Of a stretch of DNA of 64,000 bases, positions 10,211 to 18,608 are shown piece by piece; positions within the stretch are counted from its first letter, which is position 1; every line of letters starts with the position of its first letter. The position numbers and the translations under genes are program-made. Source of the stretch: Elusimicrobiales bacterium. GTDB taxonomy: Bacteria > Elusimicrobiota > Elusimicrobia > Elusimicrobiales > UBA9959. The notes under the pieces were generated by a model, which did not search any database, had not been told where the DNA came from, and was given only the letters and a program-made list of their open reading frames with translations. The stretch spans positions 27,383 to 91,382 of the forward strand of contig JBAYJD010000004.1 of assembly GCA_041665305.1 (NCBI GenBank). The letters run 5' to 3'.

Positions 10211-11197
10211 CTACCGGACCAGGGAGTTTGGGAAATCGCTTGCACGCCGGCTGTTCTCACGGGTCGGCGCGGTCATATTAACGCGTTCCCGCACTATATA
10301 CAGCGGGCGGTTGGTGACTTCCGTATGGATGGTGCCGATATATAGAGCTATCACGCCCAGTGACATTAGCACCACGCCGATCAAGATGGTATTAGCCACC
10401 ACCACCATAGCCAGCGGGGTAAAAACTCCCGGAACGAGACCGACTTTGGCCAGCATCATCCAGGCAAAAAGGATGCTGGATATCGCGGTTATCGCCACGC
10501 CGAGGTAACTGGTCATCTTCAAAGGGACCAGAGAGAAAGAGGTTATGCTGGATAAAGCCAGGTCCCAGAGTTTGCCGTAGGAATAAGCCGCCACGCCCGA
10601 CTCCCGGCTGTCGGCGTGAAACTCCACATATTCCGTCTTAAAGCCCATCCAGTCGATTATGCCGCGGAACATGCGCTGCCGTTCGGTCATACGGTTAAAA
10701 ACATCCATAACTTTTTTATCGAAAAGGCGGAAATCAGTGGTATGGGCTACCATGTCGAGGCCCGACATCCACCCCATGATCTTGTAATACAGCCAGGAAA
10801 ACAGGCGGCGCGCCGAGGAATGTCCACCCACGCTCAGGCGGACAGTAGTAACAACCTCCGCTCCCGCGGTCCAGGCGTCCACCAGCTTGGGGATAAGCTC
10901 AGGCGGGTGCTGCAGGTCCGCGTCCATGCAGATCACCGCGTCCCCTGCGCAGGAATGCACACCGGCGGTCAGGGCTATCTCCTTGCCGAAATTCTTTGAA
11001 AAATCCAGCACCTTCACGCGCGGATCGCGGGCGGCCAGAGCCTTAAGGACGCCGATGGAATTGTCGGGGCTGCCGTCGTTGACGAACACATATTCCCACT
11101 GCGCTTTAATCCCGGAAGTGACGGCCTCCAATCTTTCATAGAACCTGGGCAGATTCTTCTCCTCGCGGTAAACCGGCACGACTATTGAAATACGCAT
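10211..11197 (-). CDS. Polyprenyl-phosphate glycosyltransferase, GT2 (ArnC/GtrB/DPM1-like)
   Basis: ISIVVPVYREEKNLPRF...NDGSPDNS...MDADLQHPPE plus two C-terminal TM helices. This is the typical architecture of Und-P-sugar synthases. Confidence 0.75.
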   Translation of the reverse strand: MRISIVVPVYREEKNLPRFYERLEAVTSGIKAQWEYVFVNDGSPDNSIGVLKALAARDPRVKVLDFSKNFGKEIALTAGVHSCAGDAVICMDADLQHPPELIPKLVDAWTAGAEVVTTVRLSVGGHSSARRLFSWLYYKIMGWMSGLDMVAHTTDFRLFDKKVMDVFNRMTERQRMFRGIIDWMGFKTEYVEFHADSRESGVAAYSYGKLWDLALSSITSFSLVPLKMTSYLGVAITAISSILFAWMMLAKVGLVPGVFTPLAMVVVANTILIGVVLMSLGVIALYIGTIHTEVTNRPLYIVRERVNMTAPTRENSRRASDFPNSLVR

Positions 11198-11228
11198 TTA
11201 AAGTTTTCCCTCCCGTAGTTGCTAAATA

Positions 11229-11978
11229 TCATATAAGCGGCGCGGATCCGGCGTACTTCAGCACGACTTCGCGCGGAACGCCGCTCATTCTTATGGTTTT
11301 GTTCTCTATCCACAGGACGCGGTCGCAGATCATTTCCACGCTGGACATTGAATGACTGACAAACAACATGGTAACGCCCTTTTTTTTAAATTCCTTCATT
11401 TTGTTAATGCACTTTTTCTGGAACTCCTCGTCCCCGACCGCCAGCACCTCGTCGATAACAAGGATCTCCGGCTCCAGCTGGGCCACCACGGAAAAGCCCA
11501 GCCTGGCCAGCATGCCGTTGGAATAGATCCGTACGGGCTGGTCGATGAATTCGCCCAGTTCGGAAAATTCGATTATGGCGTTTATCTTCGCCATGACCTC
11601 CGTTCGGGTCAAACCCAGCAGGATCCCGTTCAGGATTATATTTTCGCGGCCGGTCAGATCGCGGTGAAAACCGGCGCCTAATTCCAGCAAAGGGGAAACT
11701 CTTCCCGTTACACTTATCACCCCACAGCTCGCTTTCAGCACTCCGGCCACAAGCCCCAGTATGGTGCTTTTTCCGGCGCCATTGCCGCCGATAATGCCCA
11801 GAGTCTCCCCGGCCCGGACCTCAAAGGAAAGATCTTGAAGCGCCTCAAACCGGGTTTTCCTGAGCGCTTTTAACGCGGCCGGCATGTTAATGATAAAATT
11901 TTTTATCCCGCCCGTGAAATGATGATAGAGGGGATAGTTCTTACAAACCTTGTCGAACACTATCGGAGGCGCTGTCAC
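11229..11978 (-). CDS. wzt: Polysaccharide ABC exporter, ATP-binding protein
   Basis: Walker A GGNGAGKST, signature YSNGMLARLGF, Walker B ILVIDEVLAVGD. No C-terminal carbohydrate-binding extension. GTGA overlap with wzm. Confidence 0.85.
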   Translation of the reverse strand: MTAPPIVFDKVCKNYPLYHHFTGGIKNFIINMPAALKALRKTRFEALQDLSFEVRAGETLGIIGGNGAGKSTILGLVAGVLKASCGVISVTGRVSPLLELGAGFHRDLTGRENIILNGILLGLTRTEVMAKINAIIEFSELGEFIDQPVRIYSNGMLARLGFSVVAQLEPEILVIDEVLAVGDEEFQKKCINKMKEFKKKGVTMLFVSHSMSSVEMICDRVLWIENKTIRMSGVPREVVLKYAGSAPLI

Positions 11979-12730
11979 AGCACCTCCGCGAACTTCCAGA
12001 CCAGTTTCCTGTATATCAAAAAGCCCGCGAGTAAAGCCAAAGCGGCGTAAATAGAACTTATCAGCAGCAGAGGAGGGTCCAGCCTGCCGTCCAGAAAAAG
12101 GTCGCGCCAGCTTACCATGAGCGGCGACATGGGATTAAAATTGATAAGGCCCCTATACTTTTCCGGAACCATGGACTCGTTATAGATCACCGGGGTAAAA
12201 TAAAAAAGAAGCGCCACGCAGATGCCGGCGATGCGTTCCAGATCGCGGAAAAAAATATTCAGCGAAGAGATCGCCAGCGAGATGCCGTATGTAAATACGA
12301 GCTGTATGATCAGGAGAAGCGGTATCCCATAAAGCCAGGAAAAATGGGCGGTCCTGTGATACACGAACACAAAAAACGCTATCACGGGGATGGAAACGGC
12401 GAAATGTATGGTTTCGTTCAGAACGGAAGCCAGCACTATGGCGCTTCGCTGGAAATTCACTTTTTTTATTATAGAGGAATTGCTCAGGAAAATGTTCGGT
12501 GACATGTTGACTGAATTTGAGAACCACTGCCACGGAAAAAGTCCGGCTATCAGGAACAGGACATACCCCTCCATCTGCACCCGCATTATGACCTTAAAAG
12601 CCATGAAAAACACAAAAGCAAAGGCGAGCGGGTGCGCGATGGACCAGAGATAGCCGAGAAAACTGTTTTTATACCGGACTTTCAGCTCTTTCTGGGTCAA
12701 AACAGTTGTCAAGTCGATAAAATAGCGCAT
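11975..12730 (-). CDS. wzm: Polysaccharide ABC exporter, ABC-2 type permease
   Basis: 251-aa multi-TM protein directly upstream of, and overlapping, the ATPase gene. ABC-2 type N-terminus (LKVRYKNSFLGYLWSIAHPL). Confidence 0.8.
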   Translation of the reverse strand: MRYFIDLTTVLTQKELKVRYKNSFLGYLWSIAHPLAFAFVFFMAFKVIMRVQMEGYVLFLIAGLFPWQWFSNSVNMSPNIFLSNSSIIKKVNFQRSAIVLASVLNETIHFAVSIPVIAFFVFVYHRTAHFSWLYGIPLLLIIQLVFTYGISLAISSLNIFFRDLERIAGICVALLFYFTPVIYNESMVPEKYRGLINFNPMSPLMVSWRDLFLDGRLDPPLLLISSIYAALALLAGFLIYRKLVWKFAEVL

Positions 12731-12830
12731 GATGGTACGGAAAACAAATATAGACTTTAGGCCGGAGGTTTGTGTTCGGCATCTTGCCTGCGGTCTAAGC
12801 CCACAGCCTATTTACCTGGATTCCACTTTT

Positions 12831-12859
12831 ATTTTAGCAGTATATAAGCGGGTAATCAA
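12831..12859 (-). promoter_or_regulatory. Candidate sigma70-type promoter for wzm-wzt and downstream genes
   Basis: The minus strand reads TTGATT, 17 nt, TAAAAT. It sits in the 152-nt spacer upstream of wzm and would give a 5' UTR of roughly 95 nt. Confidence 0.45.
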
Positions 12860-12882
12860 ATTTGAAGGCTAAGAAAGCCGGG

Positions 12883-15168
12883 TTACAAATATCGGCTCGG
12901 AAGGCCGCGAATCTTTGCCACAAAATCCGCGAACTCTTTTTTAAATCTTTCGGTGGAGAACAATTCGGCGTTTTTCCGGATCTCGGACGGCAGGAAACTT
13001 TCTTCTGCCGACTCGAAACGGCGCACGGCGTCTACAATGCTTTGAACGGACTGCTCGTCAAAGAACAAGCCCGTCTTCTCCTCCACCACGGTTTCGCGCA
13101 CCGCGCCGTGACCATAGGCGATAACGGGGGTGCCGCAAGCCTGCGCCTCCAAAGGCGCGATCCCAAAATCTTCCTCGGCCGCGAAAACAAAGGCCTTCGC
13201 CCTTTGCATATAATCCCGCAGGACCTCATCGGGCTGATACCCGAGTATTTCGATGTTCCCAGCGGACTTGGTCCTAACTTTGTCGAATTCAGGACCGTCG
13301 CCTATAACCACAAGCTTCTTATCCGGCATAGCGGCGAAAGCTTCGACAATTAAAGGTATCCGCTTATAAGGCACCATCCTTGACGCGGTAAGGTAAAAAT
13401 CCTCTTTTTGGCCGCCCGGCACGAATTTGTCCACATAAACGGGCGGATATATCACGGAAAAATCCCGTCCGTAATTATGTTCTATCCTTTTGCCTATGTA
13501 TTCGGAGATCGCAATAAAATCGGTCACCCGCGGCGTCACTTTCAGATCCCAGGCCTTCACACGGTCAAGCAGCCGGTTGACAAGCCACCCCTTGACGCCG
13601 GTATTCAGGCCGGATTCTTCCAGATATTGGCCGCGCAGGTCCCAGGCGTACCGCATGGGAGAGCAGCAGATACAGATATGTTTTTGTCCGGGGCGGGTTT
13701 TAACGCCCTTGGCGACCGCGTGGGAAATGGAAACTACCAGGTCGTACCCGCCGACATCCAGCCGCTCTACGGCGTAAGACATCAAAGGCAGGAAACTGCG
13801 GTATTCGTTGCGGATAAACGGAAAATACTGCAAAAAAGAGGTTTTAACTTTTTTATTCTTAATGAAACCCCTTTTCCCTCGGGGCAGGAAATCAATAAGA
13901 CTGAACAGGTCAGCCTCGGGGAGAACCTCAAGCACCTGTTCCAGAACCCTTTCGGCGCCGGCGTAGGTCACCAGCCAGTCGCAAACGACGGCGACCTTTT
14001 TGCCCAAAAGCTTCCGGTAGCATCCGCTCACACCGGCGACCATTTTTTTCTCGGAAAATTTCTCAAGGAAGAGCGAAGCTCCGGCGCCGGCCAGTTTGCG
14101 CGCGGCAGCCGGGGAGTCAATCAGCTTTTTTATCGCCACCGCCATTTCCGGATAACTCCCGGCCTTGACCAACAGTCCCGTAAACCCGTCGGTTACGATT
14201 TCGCGGAGGCCTCCCGTGGCGGCGGCCACGACCGGTTTTTCCAGGGAAAAAGCCTCGACAGCGACATAGCCGAACGACTCAAAAAGGGACGGGATCAGGA
14301 TAATATCCATCGCGCACATATGCGGCGCCGGATCCGCAACCTCACCGTGAAATACGACTATCTCCATGATGCCGAGTTCCGAGGCCGCGCTCCCTAAAGC
14401 GCCCAGGTCCGGGCCGTTGCCGAAAAAATGCAGGCGGAGCCGCGCGCCACCTTTTTTAAGTTCGGCTGCGGCTTTAAGGGCGTACAGTTGGCCCTTCTGC
14501 CTTCTGAGCACTCCGAACACGCCGATCTCAGTTATCTCACTTTCGGGAGCCGGAGCGTATCCCAGATTCCGCGCTTCTGCTGAGAGAGCCGGCAGATCCG
14601 GCTCCGAAATGCCGTTATAATTGACGATCCAGTTTTCGGATTTCCTACCCACCTTGCTGAAATAGGCCTCGGCCGAGTAATTAGATTCAAAAATAAAATA
14701 ATCCGTAAGCCGGAAGAGAAATTTTTCCGCCGCCGTATACACGAATTCTTCGGGTCTGGAGAACATCTTGTGGACGGACCCTCCATGCGGCGTATAAACC
14801 GTTTTAACATTACAAAACAGCTTAAGAAGACGGGCGTAAGCGCCGCCTTTAGCCCCATGGCCGTGGACGATCTGGATCTTGTTATCCCTGACGAATTTAA
14901 CAAGCCGCAATAAATTACGCAGGTCCCCCGGCGCCGGCCGTTTGCGTATATCCTGCTCAAGCAGCCGGCCCCGCAATAACTCCGCTAGCCGGGGATAATC
15001 CTTTTTAAACCCTTCATCCAGCAGGTTGTTGGAAAAAGTGTAACTCTGCTCAAAAACGCCGGAGTCCAGGCCGAATAACAGGGAATGAACATGCTTCCGG
15101 ATGCCTCCGGTAGGCGCGCCGAGTATCTGCAACACCCGGATCTTATTTTTTGTTTCCATGCTATCCAT
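12883..15168 (-). CDS. Two-module GT4 glycosyltransferase (GT4-GT4 fusion, WbdA-like architecture)
   Basis: 761 aa with two separate GT4 signatures: ESFGYVAVEAFSLEKPVVAAATGG and EDFGIAPLEAQACGTPVIAYGHG. Confidence 0.75.
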   Translation of the reverse strand: MDSMETKNKIRVLQILGAPTGGIRKHVHSLLFGLDSGVFEQSYTFSNNLLDEGFKKDYPRLAELLRGRLLEQDIRKRPAPGDLRNLLRLVKFVRDNKIQIVHGHGAKGGAYARLLKLFCNVKTVYTPHGGSVHKMFSRPEEFVYTAAEKFLFRLTDYFIFESNYSAEAYFSKVGRKSENWIVNYNGISEPDLPALSAEARNLGYAPAPESEITEIGVFGVLRRQKGQLYALKAAAELKKGGARLRLHFFGNGPDLGALGSAASELGIMEIVVFHGEVADPAPHMCAMDIILIPSLFESFGYVAVEAFSLEKPVVAAATGGLREIVTDGFTGLLVKAGSYPEMAVAIKKLIDSPAAARKLAGAGASLFLEKFSEKKMVAGVSGCYRKLLGKKVAVVCDWLVTYAGAERVLEQVLEVLPEADLFSLIDFLPRGKRGFIKNKKVKTSFLQYFPFIRNEYRSFLPLMSYAVERLDVGGYDLVVSISHAVAKGVKTRPGQKHICICCSPMRYAWDLRGQYLEESGLNTGVKGWLVNRLLDRVKAWDLKVTPRVTDFIAISEYIGKRIEHNYGRDFSVIYPPVYVDKFVPGGQKEDFYLTASRMVPYKRIPLIVEAFAAMPDKKLVVIGDGPEFDKVRTKSAGNIEILGYQPDEVLRDYMQRAKAFVFAAEEDFGIAPLEAQACGTPVIAYGHGAVRETVVEEKTGLFFDEQSVQSIVDAVRRFESAEESFLPSEIRKNAELFSTERFKKEFADFVAKIRGLPSRYL

Positions 15169-16192
15169 TATGTCTTACCCTGGCCAAAAAATTCCTCCCC
15201 TGTGCCCCAAGAGGAACGAGAGAAAGAACCCACGCGGCCAGCCCGATGGCCAAAATCCTGGTTTGTCCCCGGCTCCTTAACGAATTTCTAATATTTTCAG
15301 GCTTGAGCGCCGGAGCGAGCAAACGCCGGGCACAGGCCCTTTCACCTTTGATAAGCAGGTTTATAGCGATGTTGATATCGTCCTTAAGCAGAAGCAGGCG
15401 GTAATCGGTCATCTCGCTTTGACCGATGAATGAACCGGAGTACTTTTTTAAATAAAAATCCAGCACAAGAAAGATGGCATGTCTTGTGGTTTTAAGCCTT
15501 GCGAAATTGTAACTATAACTACTCGCGCTTACGCGATACTTCATAAGCGGGATATTTATAAAACCCAGCGGGTGCCGCTCGGCTATCCGCAGCCAGACAT
15601 CCAGATCGGCGGAGGTGGAAAAGTGTTCGGGATCCCAGGCTTTTATTTCATCCTTATAAACGCGGGTCCGGACCATAGCGCTGGGGAAGACCATAAAGTT
15701 GCCCATTTTAAGCGCCGTCCTGAATACCTGCTGAAAATCAAATACGCCGCCTTTGGCGATACCGCCTTCGGACGGGAGCTTCCTCGCAGCTATAACACGC
15801 CCGGTTTCATCGATATCACGCGCTGCACAGAAAACAGCTCCGGCTTCTTTATGTTCCTCCAGGAACCTGACTTCCCGCTCTATGATCTCAGGATCGTAAA
15901 CGTCATCCGCGTGGTAAATCGCCGTGTATTCCCCCCCGGCCAGGTTTATGCAGCATGTAAAATTACCTTCACCCCCTAAATTGACCGGATTTCTTATAAT
16001 CCGAAGCCTACGATCTTTTTCAGCAATTTTCTCCGCTATTTTGACAGTGGCATCCGTGGAGGCGTTATCGACCATCATTACTATGAGATTGGCATAAGTC
16101 TGATCAAGGATAGAGCTAAGGGACTCCGCTATGGTAGCCTCCGAATTATAAGCCGGCACGCAGACGCATACAAGTGGAGAGTTTTCGGTCAT
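15161..16192 (-). CDS. Glycosyltransferase family 2
   Basis: VCVCVPAYNSEATIAESLSSILDQTY...MVDNASTDAT. TAATG overlap with the upstream radical SAM gene. Confidence 0.75.
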   Translation of the reverse strand: MTENSPLVCVCVPAYNSEATIAESLSSILDQTYANLIVMMVDNASTDATVKIAEKIAEKDRRLRIIRNPVNLGGEGNFTCCINLAGGEYTAIYHADDVYDPEIIEREVRFLEEHKEAGAVFCAARDIDETGRVIAARKLPSEGGIAKGGVFDFQQVFRTALKMGNFMVFPSAMVRTRVYKDEIKAWDPEHFSTSADLDVWLRIAERHPLGFINIPLMKYRVSASSYSYNFARLKTTRHAIFLVLDFYLKKYSGSFIGQSEMTDYRLLLLKDDINIAINLLIKGERACARRLLAPALKPENIRNSLRSRGQTRILAIGLAAWVLSLVPLGAQGRNFLARVRHNG

Positions 16193-17580
16193 TAGCGTTT
16201 GAATAGCATTTTTTTAAGCCGGCGCAGCCTGCCCATATTTTTTTTCACGGCAGCCACCGGGTGCAGAATATGGTTGAACATCCGCCTGCCCGCCTGCCGC
16301 CACGGCGTGCAGGCGAGGGTTATTCTGGCTACCATCATGTCCAGGCCTTCCTCACTGTGTTCAAGCGTAAAGAACGGGACATTCCGATCGGTAAGCCAGA
16401 AAGCGTCGTCTATGCGCCCACCAGCTTTCATAATATCATATACCTCCGTGTTCGGATAAACCCACAGACGGGCCACGCCTACGAATTCGAAATATTTTAT
16501 TTTTTGCAGGGTTTTCACCAGACTAATGGTCTCGGCGACTGTTTCGTTTGTTTCACCTGGGAAACCGACCATCAGGTAGGTCACGGCATTTATTTTTATG
16601 CCTTTGAGCATCTCAAAAGTTCTTACGACATCGGCTTTGGTTATATTTTTATGTATCGAACTGAGCAGCCTGGCGCTGCCGGTTTCCAGCCCGAACCCTA
16701 TATGGGTAAAGCCGGCCCGCGCCATAAGTTCGAAGAGTTCGACGCTGGCTGGTTTTATCCGCGCCGAACACAGGAATTTAACTTTAATGTTCCGTTTGAT
16801 TATTTCCCTGCAGAACGCTATGGCCCGCGGCTGATCCAGGGTAAAAGTATCGTCGGCAAGCTGGATGGATTTTATATTTTTAAAAGTTCCCAGTATGTAT
16901 TCGATTTCATCCGCCACATTGCCGACGGACCGTTTGCGGAATTTGCGGCGGGAAATCGTGTGAAGGCAGCAAAAACTGCATTTATAGGGACATCCCCTGG
17001 AAGTAAGGATGCAGGCCATTTCGCGGTCCGGCTTTATGAACAACTCGTGCCTGGGGAACGGAATGGAGTCCAGGTCTTCGATAAGAGGCCTGTCCGGGTT
17101 CTTTATCACCTTCCCCCCTTCCCGGTACGCCGCGCCCGCGATACCGGCGGCCGATCCGCCGGAGGAAAGCGCGTCGAGCAATTCTACGACCGTCGCCTCT
17201 CCCTCGCCTATAACGGCGCAGTCGACTTCAAAATTCTTCAGCAACTGGTCGTAGAAAATGGAAGCGTGGACGCCGCCGATAATTATCTTGACCCCGGGCA
17301 GGATCTCCCGCGCCATCCTGATAAGTCTGTAGCTTGCGACCCTGTTCATGGTGAAGATCTGAATAAGAAGGAAATCGGGGCAAAAGCGCGCCAGATCGGC
17401 GGCCATTTCGGCTTCGGAAGCGGCCAGATCGCTGTTGTTGAAGTTTTTGGTAAGGATCTCATAGCCGGCCTTCTCAATAACGGCGTGAAGATACCCAAGC
17501 CCCAGGCCGTAAGAATTGTCCTTTGACGGGGCCTGGACATCGGGCTGAAGGGCCGCGCTGAATAAAATAACTTTACGCAT
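16192..17580 (-). CDS. B12-binding-domain radical SAM enzyme
   Basis: N-terminal B12-like domain (IIIGGVHAS) and canonical CxxxCxxC (SRGCPYKCSFCC). Translationally coupled on both sides. Confidence 0.8.
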   Translation of the reverse strand: MRKVILFSAALQPDVQAPSKDNSYGLGLGYLHAVIEKAGYEILTKNFNNSDLAASEAEMAADLARFCPDFLLIQIFTMNRVASYRLIRMAREILPGVKIIIGGVHASIFYDQLLKNFEVDCAVIGEGEATVVELLDALSSGGSAAGIAGAAYREGGKVIKNPDRPLIEDLDSIPFPRHELFIKPDREMACILTSRGCPYKCSFCCLHTISRRKFRKRSVGNVADEIEYILGTFKNIKSIQLADDTFTLDQPRAIAFCREIIKRNIKVKFLCSARIKPASVELFELMARAGFTHIGFGLETGSARLLSSIHKNITKADVVRTFEMLKGIKINAVTYLMVGFPGETNETVAETISLVKTLQKIKYFEFVGVARLWVYPNTEVYDIMKAGGRIDDAFWLTDRNVPFFTLEHSEEGLDMMVARITLACTPWRQAGRRMFNHILHPVAAVKKNMGRLRRLKKMLFKR

Positions 17581-18601
17581 TGGTTATCACACGTGAAACA
17601 GTCTCCGCAAAGCAGACATCGCTGAAAGGATAAGCCGCGGGACTCGCAAGAAATTTTTTTATGGCCTGGAGCTTAAGCTGGTAATCTTTTTCGCTCATAT
17701 TTTTCATAAAATCGTAAAGCTGTTCATAAGTCGCGAATTTTCTTTTATCTATAAAACAATCTTCCGGGACATACCGCGAGATGTCAGGCGCGCCCCAGTA
17801 GACAGGAACGCAGCCGGCAAAAAAAGAATCAAAAATTTTTTCGGTTATATAGCCCGGGATCTCGCGGGCGTTTTCATAACAGATGGAAAACTTATAAGCG
17901 CGCATTATTTCCCGTTTTTCTCCGATCTTGCCTTTGTAGGACGGGAACCTTGGGCGCAGCAGCCCGGTCAGCGGTTTTATCCGGTTCAAGCCCCTGATCA
18001 GCCGCGGGCCGTCAAAAACGAAGCTATCCCACCCTACTCCGTAGAGATCGAACTCTTCGGGATGATTTTTTTCAAACCACCGTACCGCTCTTTCCCGCTC
18101 CGAGTACAGTTCCAAAGGGTGGGAGCGTTTTTTATGCGCCGCTATCATCAGGCAAAAAGCTTTTTTTTCTTCCGGCTGCACAAGGGATTCCTTAGGGAAA
18201 GCGTTGGCGAAATGCATCTCAAAGCAGCGTTTGTTATCCACCAGACGGGTATCCCAGGTAAAGATCGCGTCGAACTGACCCTGCCCGGCCGTCTTCCAGT
18301 TTTCCGGACGGATCACCTCGCATTCCGATAAAAGCGCGATATTCCTTGTTTTCCCCAGCCAGGCGCCCATGATTCCGGCAAGCGGGACACGGGGGATCTC
18401 CAGGAACAGAACCGTATCCGGGATCTCACGCGAGGCGAGGAAGATATCCTGCGTATGGCAGATCCAGCCCGAATGCGACAGCGATTCCTTGAGCAGCCTG
18501 AAAGCGGAAAGGCAATCATCCCTGTTAACGGGACTGCCGCTATTGAACAGCTCGTCTTGCCGGTACGGCGGTTCTACCCAAATAGCCAGTTTTCCGTGCA
18601 T
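17573..18601 (-). CDS. Glycosyltransferase family 10 (alpha-1,3/4-fucosyltransferase-like)
   Basis: C-terminal GT10 nucleotide-binding motif FSICYENAREIPGYITEKIFDSFFAGCVPVYWG. AGGTGA RBS. Confidence 0.65.
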   Translation of the reverse strand: MHGKLAIWVEPPYRQDELFNSGSPVNRDDCLSAFRLLKESLSHSGWICHTQDIFLASREIPDTVLFLEIPRVPLAGIMGAWLGKTRNIALLSECEVIRPENWKTAGQGQFDAIFTWDTRLVDNKRCFEMHFANAFPKESLVQPEEKKAFCLMIAAHKKRSHPLELYSERERAVRWFEKNHPEEFDLYGVGWDSFVFDGPRLIRGLNRIKPLTGLLRPRFPSYKGKIGEKREIMRAYKFSICYENAREIPGYITEKIFDSFFAGCVPVYWGAPDISRYVPEDCFIDKRKFATYEQLYDFMKNMSEKDYQLKLQAIKKFLASPAAYPFSDVCFAETVSRVITNA

Positions 18602-18608
18602 AATTCAC

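Noticed and set aside
12731-12830. JUMPstart/ops (GGCGGTAG) antitermination element in the ~95-nt wzm leader.
   Set aside because: The ops octamer is not present in either strand of the spacer.
18161-18168. A8 runs encoding Lys-Lys (GT10 gene 18161-18168, followed by G and so giving A-AAA-AAA-G; also 11390-11397 in wzt, 24626-24633 in colD, 38384-38391 in gmd, 61833-61840 in lspA). These are possible slippery or phase-variable sites by analogy with Helicobacter fucosyltransferases.
   Set aside because: They are mid-gene and occur equally in housekeeping genes (lspA, gmd), consistent with ordinary AAA-AAA codon pairs. There is no downstream stimulatory structure or alternative frame with coding potential.
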